This document shows, in pieces, positions 1-6,413 of a stretch of DNA of 54,768 nucleotides. The stretch lies in the NCBI GenBank assembly GCA_031972735.1, contig DALYED010000004.1, positions 7,284-62,051 on the forward strand, read 5' to 3'. The translations under genes and the position numbers were made by a program. The DNA comes from Minisyncoccota bacterium (GTDB lineage Bacteria; Patescibacteriota; Minisyncoccia; Phycocordibacterales; UBA6899). The number at the start of each line of letters is the position of its first letter. Positions within the stretch are counted from its first letter, which is position 1. The notes under the pieces were generated by a model. It did not search any database. It had not been told where the DNA came from and worked only from the letters and a program-made list of their open reading frames with translations.

Positions 1-288
1 AGCAAAAAATCCGTGCGTGGTGAGATCGGTGTCACCAAATGATCCACCAATAGACTTCTCGGGCACAGCAACAATGACTTTCTTGATTCCTTGGTTTTTC
101 AGTTTATCAAGTGCAAGAAACATTAACGCTCTGGATTTCCCAGAAGCGGGAGGGGCTTTCAAGAGGAGGTATTGCGCCCCTCGTTTCTCGAATGCCTTAG
201 CCTGCATTTCACGCATACCTAGTGCGTTTAATTTCGTACTTTCGCCAGTTTGCTTGTAATCTGCAGTAGCGACTTGGATTGTTTTCAT
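1..288 (-). CDS. SF2 helicase / restriction (Res-like) ATPase, N-terminal fragment; the gene continues past the left window edge
   Basis: ATG at 288..286, 4 nt after the methyltransferase stop. Hand translation gives MKTIQVATADYKQTGESTKLNALGMREMQAKAFEKRGAQYLLLKAPPASGKSRALMFLALDKL..., with Walker A APPASGKS. The frame stays open to position 1. Confidence 0.6.
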   Translation of the reverse strand, partial: MKTIQVATADYKQTGESTKLNALGMREMQAKAFEKRGAQYLLLKAPPASGKSRALMFLALDKLKNQGIKKVIVAVPEKSIGGSFGDTDLTTHGFFA

Positions 289-292
289 ATAA

Positions 293-2962
293 TTATTTGT
301 TGGTTTCGTTACTGATCATTTCCTCATACAATTTGAACAAGTGAGCCAATCGGTCTTCGTCATTTTCAAAAGGTTTATTTCGGTATATTTGATCAATGGC
401 GAGGTCAAGATATTTGTGAGCGTCCCTCAATCCTTCGGGCATTTTATCAGGATCGTATAACTCTGCCATAGTTCTATCAGGGTATTTTTCACGTTCTCCA
501 AGGATATTATACACATGGCCAGTCAGTGCCTCTTTTTGTTCAACCGTAATTTCAGGAAAAGGAAAGGTGTTATAGCAAATTGTTCCCGAGTACCTAATAT
601 CAGTCTTTAATCTTCCTGCCACTGCCTTAACCCAAACCATGTGCATTTTTGATGTAAGAATACTAAATATATACAGCTCAGGATTATAAATAACTAAAAC
701 CCCATTACTAAATACTGTACCTTTATCTAAATATCCAACTGTCATATAATCCCTCCTTTCAGTACTTGTCATGGGAAGGATTATTGCATTAGAATTTTTG
801 AATTTTCTATAAAAAAATCGATGTGCCACTGTCGCTGCTTTTTTTGCATCTCGCCCTGCACTAAGTCTGAATGCCCTACATTTATCAATTCTGTCCTTAA
901 TTAAAGGAATTTCATTCGCTTCTTCGGCTAGTTCATCATCTATCCACAAACAAAATCTTTTTGTACCACTTAAAAAATCACTTCCACCCATAAATGGTTT
1001 TATAAATTTTTTTGAAAGAGGGTTATTTAGAATAAAATTATCTCTTTCTTCTTTTGAAAGAGTTAGGTGTCCACCATCAATTCCACTACTACCTAATATA
1101 ATTTCTCCTACTTCAGAAAGTGGTTTGTTTCTCGCACAAATATACAAATTTTTTGCTTCAACTAAGTATGGGGAAATATTAAAAACTTTATGTTTTATCT
1201 GGTCTGTATATATGTATTTAGGTCTCTCAGATAACTTTCTTAACCCTATGATCACGCAAGTAACCCCCGCATTTCCTTTTGCCGAATTCTGCCATTTAAA
1301 TGATTGATGTGCAAAACTAATTTCAATCTCATCACGCAGAATTAAAGGCCACAGAACAGCTACTTGTTCGCCTTGGGAAATTGAATTTGTAGAAACGAAG
1401 GCAGACTTATTATTTGTATTTTTAATATATTTTGCAGCAAGAAAAAACCAACAGGATATGTAATCAATATTGCTAATTTTTTCATTACCCTTAAATACTA
1501 TTTTTAAATCATCTCTTTGATCTTCATTTTGCTTTTTCGCTCCATAGTAAGGAGGATTCCCTATCACGTAAATTTCGTAAGGCTCATTTTTATAATTAAG
1601 CTTTGGGCATATTTCATTCCAATCTAGCCTTGTGGCATTTCCACAGATAATTTTTCCACTCTCCTTGAGGGGTAGAGTTGGTTTCATAATTCCAAATTCA
1701 TCATCAAACGAAAGATTCATTTGGTGTTGGGCAAGCCACAACGAAAGTCTTGCGATCTCATGCGCAAAATCATCAATTTCAATGCCAAAAAATGAGTTGA
1801 GGGAAATGCCTGATAGAGGCATGTGATTTTGTTGCCCCATGTCAGTCATTTTTTCAATTATCTTGATTTCGAGCTTACATAGTTCCTTGTATGAAATAAT
1901 TAAGAAATTTCCTGAGCCACAAGCAGGATCAAATATTTTTATCTTTACAATCCTCTCTCGCAGTTTGGTAAGTTTGTTTAAACTATCCTTTGAGTCTTCG
2001 AACTCCTCGTATAAGTCGTCGAGGAAAAGTGGCTCGATGACTTTCAAAATGTTGGGGACAGAGGTGTAGTGCATTCCAAGGTTTTCTCTTTGCCCAGGAT
2101 GAACGACTGCCTGAATCATTGATCCGAAAATGTCAGGATTGATCGCACTCCAGTCCAACTGTCCGCATTCAATAATGAGTTTTCTGGAGCTTGCCGTAAA
2201 AACAGGTAATTTAATCTTCTTTTCAAAAAGCCCACCGTTTACATATGGAAACTCGGTAAAGTGGTGTGCAAATAATGCCCTGTCCTTCGCCTCAGCATTA
2301 AGAACATCAAAAAGCGTATCGAAGTATGCACCAAGATCTGAACCACTCACTTGCGTTGATGAATCAAGTGAATTTGTAAATAAGGTCTTTGGGAATATAC
2401 CAGTGTCTTCAGCAAAGAAGCAGAAGAGTAGTCGAGATAGGAAAATATTGAGATCATGAAGTCCACTCTCACTATGATCAGGACTATCATTGATGATCTG
2501 ATCGTACAGCTTAGCCATTTTGCTCGCCGCACGGATATCAGCAGGATTCTCATTTACATGCTGAGCTTTCTCCATTCCTGCCCACGGCAAGAAGAAAGCA
2601 TAGTGCTTACCCAATTCGTTGATGTGAATATCAAGGGTTTCGCGCGTTTTTGTATCAACTGCAAGGAGAGTCTCAAAATCGGTAACAATAATAAACCGTG
2701 GGTTATACTTTGATGCCATCTTATCTTTTTGAAGATCATCAATAGTAACGTGCACATCTTCTCCCGATGGGACATGAAAAAGAAGTTTATTTTTCAGAAT
2801 TATCTGGTTATCCTTACCGGACAGTTTTGATGGGCTATTCCTAAGGAGGGTGATGGTGCTTTTAGGTATTTCGTATGCGGAAAGCAACTCAAAGACAAAC
2901 GTTTCCCTTGAAAGGTCTGTGCTCAATTTTTCTAGGTTTTCTTGAAGTGCAACTGAGTTCAT
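293..2962 (-). CDS. MmeI-family (type IIL/IIG-like) N6-adenine DNA methyltransferase with target-recognition domain
   Basis: 889-aa ORF. Motif I is IFDPACGSGNFLI and motif IV is GNPPYYG. Collinear MmeI-family blocks are RLLFCFFAEDTGIF, FPYVNGGLFE, LDWSAINPDIFGSM, NLGMHYTS, FFGIEIDDFAHEIARLSLWLAQHQMN and FVSTNSISQGEQV. Confidence 0.85.
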   Translation of the reverse strand: MNSVALQENLEKLSTDLSRETFVFELLSAYEIPKSTITLLRNSPSKLSGKDNQIILKNKLLFHVPSGEDVHVTIDDLQKDKMASKYNPRFIIVTDFETLLAVDTKTRETLDIHINELGKHYAFFLPWAGMEKAQHVNENPADIRAASKMAKLYDQIINDSPDHSESGLHDLNIFLSRLLFCFFAEDTGIFPKTLFTNSLDSSTQVSGSDLGAYFDTLFDVLNAEAKDRALFAHHFTEFPYVNGGLFEKKIKLPVFTASSRKLIIECGQLDWSAINPDIFGSMIQAVVHPGQRENLGMHYTSVPNILKVIEPLFLDDLYEEFEDSKDSLNKLTKLRERIVKIKIFDPACGSGNFLIISYKELCKLEIKIIEKMTDMGQQNHMPLSGISLNSFFGIEIDDFAHEIARLSLWLAQHQMNLSFDDEFGIMKPTLPLKESGKIICGNATRLDWNEICPKLNYKNEPYEIYVIGNPPYYGAKKQNEDQRDDLKIVFKGNEKISNIDYISCWFFLAAKYIKNTNNKSAFVSTNSISQGEQVAVLWPLILRDEIEISFAHQSFKWQNSAKGNAGVTCVIIGLRKLSERPKYIYTDQIKHKVFNISPYLVEAKNLYICARNKPLSEVGEIILGSSGIDGGHLTLSKEERDNFILNNPLSKKFIKPFMGGSDFLSGTKRFCLWIDDELAEEANEIPLIKDRIDKCRAFRLSAGRDAKKAATVAHRFFYRKFKNSNAIILPMTSTERRDYMTVGYLDKGTVFSNGVLVIYNPELYIFSILTSKMHMVWVKAVAGRLKTDIRYSGTICYNTFPFPEITVEQKEALTGHVYNILGEREKYPDRTMAELYDPDKMPEGLRDAHKYLDLAIDQIYRNKPFENDEDRLAHLFKLYEEMISNETNK

Positions 2963-2975
2963 GTTTATGTATAGG

Positions 2976-3188
2976 CTATTTTAAAAGCTCATTACTTGAA
3001 ACACCCAGCGCGCTCGCAAGTTTTGAAATAGTCGAAAGGGTCGGATTCGTCTTGCCGTTTTCAATATTGCTCACAAAACTTCGGCTAAAGCCGAGCGTTC
3101 TAACAATATCTCCTTGTGTTATGCCTTTCTCTGTTCTAATACGTTTTAAGTTTTTCCCCAATTTTGCAGACTCACTTTTCATGTCCAC
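2976..3188 (-). CDS. XRE-family helix-turn-helix regulator (controller/C-protein-like)
   Basis: 70-aa ORF with LKRIRTEKGITQGDIVRTLGFSRSFVSNIENGKTNPTLSTISKLASALGVS. It sits 13 nt upstream of the methyltransferase on the same strand. The ORF-track start is GTG at 3188; an ATG at 3183 is the more likely start. Confidence 0.8.
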   Translation of the reverse strand: MDMKSESAKLGKNLKRIRTEKGITQGDIVRTLGFSRSFVSNIENGKTNPTLSTISKLASALGVSSNELLK

Positions 3189-3191
3189 AGA

Positions 3192-3205
3192 TTATACCGC
3201 GGTAA
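3192..3205 (-). promoter_or_regulatory. -10 box (TATAAT, 3197..3192) overlapped by the perfect 10-bp palindrome TACCGCGGTA (3196..3205); candidate C-protein operator
   Basis: The reverse complement of 3184..3197 reads TATAAT-CTGTGGAC, followed by ATG at 3183, a gap of 8 nt. The palindrome was read directly. Confidence 0.45.
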
Positions 3206-3413
3206 TTATATTGTACACTAATATTATAATATAATGTAACAGTCCCGAAATTCATTATGGTAAGCGAAACGCTTTCTTGATTTTAAGTATGGCGGGGCGG
3301 AAAAAAATCGAGAGCCGGAGATGCCGTGGGGCGACGAGCGAAGCGAGCGGGGGTGCCTGAGTTATCCTTGCTCATTCCTCTCGAAAAAGGTTCGCGCGAA
3401 TGATATTATGACA

Positions 3414-3534
3414 CCACCTAAAGATACTTTGTCGGAGAATGGCGAAAAGCTCGCGGTCTGCGACGCAGACTGCTCGGCTGTGGAAATCCAATTCGCCTTT
3501 GTGTGCGCCATGAATTCATAAAGTTCCCCCCAAT
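3414..3534. repeat. Left copy of the 121-bp inverted repeat (IR-L)
   Basis: It is the reverse complement of 4960..5080, compared base by base at 120/121. The only mismatch is at 3527, paired with 4967. Confidence 0.95.
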
Positions 3535-3542
3535 TAACTTAT

Positions 3543-5144
3543 ATGCAAGGACTCAAACCAAAATATTTCCTCTACGCGCGCAAGAGTACGGAGGAAGACG
3601 ATCATCAGATCATGAGTATCGAAGCTCAACTCTTTGAGCTTCGTGAATATGCGCGCAGAGAAAATATCGAAATTCTCAAAGAATTTACCGAATCGAAAAG
3701 CGCAAAGAAGCCCGGACGTGAGTTGTTTAACGACATGATGGAGCAAATAGAGTACAGCAAGGTTCCGCTCGGTATCTTGGCATGGCATCCTGACCGCCTT
3801 GCTCGTAATTCGGTGGATGGAGGCAAGGTGGTCTATCTAGTAGATACCGAGCAAATTGTTGCTTTGCGCTTTCCGACATTTTGGTTTGAGCCAACTCCGC
3901 AAGGCAAATTCATGTTGCAGGTGGCGTTCGGACAGAGCAAGTACTATAGCGACAATCTTGTGGAGAATATCAATCGTGGAATCCGCCAGAAAGTTCGTCG
4001 TGGCGAGTGGCTAACAAAGGCTCCCTTTGGCTATCTCAATAACCCTAAAACGCGCAATATTGAGCCTCACGCAACTGAATCGCGCATTGTGGTGCAAGTG
4101 TTTAAGGAATACGCCAAAGGGACGCATACACTCGGCACAATTTCTGACTTTATGGCGGATCACGGAGTACTTACATCAAACGGAACGCCACCTGCCAAAG
4201 CTTCCGTCGCTCGCATGCTTTCAAATCGTGCATACCTCGGTTTGACGCATCATAAGGGCGAGTACTACGACGGAAGCTTTGCGCCAATTGTTTCTCCGAT
4301 ACTGTTTGAAGCAGTGCAGAAGATGCTCGCGAAGAAAGCGAAGCCTCGTGTGCAAAAAGTACCGAACCATTTCCCTTTTGCACAGTTCGCAAGGTGCGGT
4401 GAGTGCGGAAGCATGATCACGGCTCAATATTCCACCAATCGTTTTGGTACTGTCTATACTTATTATCGTTGTACCAAAAAGAAGGGTGTCTGTGGTCAGC
4501 CGCATACATCCGCAGCCGCACTCACCGCCCAGATACATGCACTGCTTCAAACAGTCTCGCTTCCTCTTTCAGAAATTGAGGTCATGGAGAGACAAATTGA
4601 TGTATGGGAAAAAGAGTCAATTTCCAAAAGAGGAAGTGTTGCTCAAAATCTTAAAACCAAGCTTGCAGAAACAAAGGAGAAGCTCGATAAGCTCGTTTCA
4701 ATTTATCTCGATGGGGATATTGAGCGTGAGATTTACATACAACGCAAAGACCTTCTCCTTCGCCAGAAAAGCAAGCTTGAGGAGAGTTTTAAAGATTTAG
4801 GGCAACAGAGAAAAAATTGGGTCGAACCCTTGCGGAGTTTTGTTTTATCTTTGAGAGAAGGCGTGGAATTGGAAAAGGGCGAAAATTATTTCGCATGGCG
4901 TGAGTTTTTCCAAAAGATCGGCTCGAACCCTACTCTCAAAGACAAATCTCTTTCAATCCATTGGGGAGAACTTTATGAATTCATGGCGCACACAAAGGCG
5001 AATTGGATTTCCACAGCCGAGCAGTCTGCGTCGCAGACCGCGAGCTTTTCGCCATTCTCCGACAAAGTATCTTTAGGTGGACCATGGGAGAATCGAACTC
5101 CCCACCTCTTCCATGCCATGGAAGCGCTCTACCAAATGAGCTAA
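3543..5144 (+). CDS. Large serine recombinase (resolvase/invertase N-domain + recombinase domain + zinc ribbon + coiled coil)
   Basis: 533-aa ORF with FLYARKSTEEDD (Ser nucleophile), HPDRLARN, the Zn ribbon CGECGSMITAQ...YYRCTKKKGVCG, and a coiled-coil KLAETKEKLDKLVSIYLDGDI. The last ~60 codons lie in IR-R and antisense to tRNA-Ala, so the true C-terminus is uncertain. Confidence 0.9.
   Translation: MQGLKPKYFLYARKSTEEDDHQIMSIEAQLFELREYARRENIEILKEFTESKSAKKPGRELFNDMMEQIEYSKVPLGILAWHPDRLARNSVDGGKVVYLVDTEQIVALRFPTFWFEPTPQGKFMLQVAFGQSKYYSDNLVENINRGIRQKVRRGEWLTKAPFGYLNNPKTRNIEPHATESRIVVQVFKEYAKGTHTLGTISDFMADHGVLTSNGTPPAKASVARMLSNRAYLGLTHHKGEYYDGSFAPIVSPILFEAVQKMLAKKAKPRVQKVPNHFPFAQFARCGECGSMITAQYSTNRFGTVYTYYRCTKKKGVCGQPHTSAAALTAQIHALLQTVSLPLSEIEVMERQIDVWEKESISKRGSVAQNLKTKLAETKEKLDKLVSIYLDGDIEREIYIQRKDLLLRQKSKLEESFKDLGQQRKNWVEPLRSFVLSLREGVELEKGENYFAWREFFQKIGSNPTLKDKSLSIHWGELYEFMAHTKANWISTAEQSASQTASFSPFSDKVSLGGPWENRTPHLFHAMEALYQMS
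4960..5080. repeat. Right copy of the 121-bp inverted repeat (IR-R); lies inside the 3' coding end of the recombinase ORF
   Basis: It is the reverse complement of 3414..3534 (120/121). Positions 5078..5080 are also the last 3 nt (C71, C72, A73) of tRNA-Ala(GGC). Confidence 0.95.
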
Positions 5145-5150
5145 TGGCCC
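5078..5150 (-). tRNA. tRNA-Ala (anticodon GGC)
   Basis: The reverse complement folds as a 73-nt cloverleaf: GGGCCAT TA GCTC ATTTGGTA GAGC G CTTCC ATGGCAT GGAAG AGGTG GGGAG TTCGATT CTCCC ATGGTCC A. The G3:U70 alanine identity pair is present and CCA is not fully encoded. Confidence 0.9.
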
Positions 5151-5159
5151 TCGGTGAGC

Positions 5160-5188
5160 ATTATACAAGACTTTCAGAATGAGTCACG
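5160..5188 (-). promoter_or_regulatory. Candidate promoter of tRNA-Ala(GGC): GTGACT - 16 nt - TATAAT
   Basis: The reverse complement reads ...TTCGTGACTCATTCTGAAAGTCTTGTATAATGCTCACCGA followed by the tRNA 5' end. The -10 box is at 5165..5160. Confidence 0.4.
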
Positions 5189-5248
5189 AATCTTGTAGAC
5201 AGGTCATTCATAGTACTTTTTTATGTATTTTTTCATATCTCAAGAAAA

Positions 5249-5277
5249 TTGACATATATTGAAATATCTGATATAAT
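5249..5277 (+). promoter_or_regulatory. Consensus sigma70-type promoter: TTGACA - 17 nt - TATAAT
   Basis: TTGACA at 5249..5254 and TATAAT at 5272..5277, about 49 nt upstream of ATG 5326. That ATG has a GAGGAG Shine-Dalgarno. Confidence 0.7.
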
Positions 5278-5325
5278 AGTATCAGTTCCTTTCAAGATTG
5301 TATTCTCCAATATGAGGAGTATAAA

Positions 5326-6231
5326 ATGCTTCAACGTATCACTGTATACCAAAAAAGTATCCAAGAGTGTGTTTTTCATCTTAAAACAATGAAACGCAAG
5401 GATTTCTGCCGCTGGCTCGAGACTGGGTACGGCTGTATTTTTTCTTTTGTTATGCTCCTTTTGCTTGTGATTCTTCTCAACTGGGCAACTCTTCCAAAGC
5501 GTCCTGATCCAGTTCAATTTGTGCAACTTGCTGAAATCGTTACAGCACAAACAACTTCCATCAGCTCAGTTTCGGAACACGTTGTAACAGCTCCGCGTAT
5601 CCTGCAAGTTACCTCAAAATCTGGTATTACTCCTTTGCAATATCAATACACGATCAAATGGGGTGACACACTTACTCGTATCATGAAGGAGACATGCAAT
5701 TCGATCAATGAATTGCAGAGCATAAATCACATCGAAAATCCGGACTTAATTTATGCTGATAGTCAACTGATTATCAGAAAAGTGAATTCCTGTTTGAGTG
5801 CGAACCTGTCGCCTTCCAAGTCGATTACGTACGCAGCGAATGCAGTCAAAGCACCAGTGCAATTGCCCAAGGCGTCTATTGATGAGCCAAGTCTCGAAAG
5901 CGCAGCAGGCATGATTCATCAATCGACTGTTACGATTTCGATTGAAGCGATCAGCACACTTGAGACTGAAGACGCTACGGAAAGCGGAGCACCAAGTACG
6001 GTCCACCTCATTGACTCTGCTGTAGACGAAGTAATCGCATGCAATACTGATGCAGATTCCCTACAGAGCAATACACCATTGGTGCATCTTGGTACAATTT
6101 CCCCAGAATCAGACCCCCAAATTGATCCAGCTGGCGATGAACTTACGGATCATACATCTCAATCACGCGAGCGAACGTCGCTTTGTGAAAGTGTGAGATA
6201 CCTTGAGCCTGATTTAAGTAAAATACCCTAA
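5326..6231 (+). CDS. Membrane-anchored LysM-domain protein
   Basis: 301 aa with an N-terminal TM segment (IFSFVMLLLLVILL), the LysM block YTIKWGDTLTRIMKETCNSINELQSINHIENPDLIYADSQLIIRK, and an acidic low-complexity C-terminus. GAGGAG lies 8 nt upstream. Confidence 0.75.
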   Translation: MLQRITVYQKSIQECVFHLKTMKRKDFCRWLETGYGCIFSFVMLLLLVILLNWATLPKRPDPVQFVQLAEIVTAQTTSISSVSEHVVTAPRILQVTSKSGITPLQYQYTIKWGDTLTRIMKETCNSINELQSINHIENPDLIYADSQLIIRKVNSCLSANLSPSKSITYAANAVKAPVQLPKASIDEPSLESAAGMIHQSTVTISIEAISTLETEDATESGAPSTVHLIDSAVDEVIACNTDADSLQSNTPLVHLGTISPESDPQIDPAGDELTDHTSQSRERTSLCESVRYLEPDLSKIP

Positions 6232-6242
6232 TACACCATTAG

Positions 6243-6275
6243 AACGCCCCACAATATTGTCGGGCGTTTCATTTT
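6243..6275 (+). terminator. Rho-independent terminator
   Basis: Stem AACGCCC (6243..6249) pairs with GGGCGTT (6262..6268), followed by TCATTTT. Confidence 0.65.
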
Positions 6276-6291
6276 ATCTACGCAAGAGAAT

Positions 6292-6320
6292 TTGACATAA
6301 TCCTGTTTAGTGACTAGAAT
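6292..6320 (+). promoter_or_regulatory. Promoter: TTGACA - 17 nt - TAGAAT
   Basis: TTGACA at 6292..6297 and TAGAAT at 6315..6320, upstream of the second LysM gene. Confidence 0.6.
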
Positions 6321-6413
6321 AATTTTTTGTTCTTCCATATCTTTCAATTTAATTTCTGATACACGCAGTCTCACAAGGGGTATCAAATTGCGGCAAATAC
6401 AAAGAATCAAGGT

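Larger units (their letters stand above)
3414..5080. mobile_element. Recombinase cassette bounded by inverted repeats (invertible segment or IS-like unit), 1667 bp
   Basis: 121-bp near-perfect inverted repeats flank a single large serine recombinase gene. The right end touches the tRNA-Ala 3' end. The interpretation is uncertain. Confidence 0.45.

Noticed and set aside
3321-3521. A 66-aa plus-strand ORF spanning the GC-rich island and the left inverted repeat
   Set aside because: It has no ribosome-binding site or promoter geometry. Half of it is repeat sequence that is coding in the opposite sense at the other copy. Its composition simply reflects the G-rich island. It is treated as non-coding.
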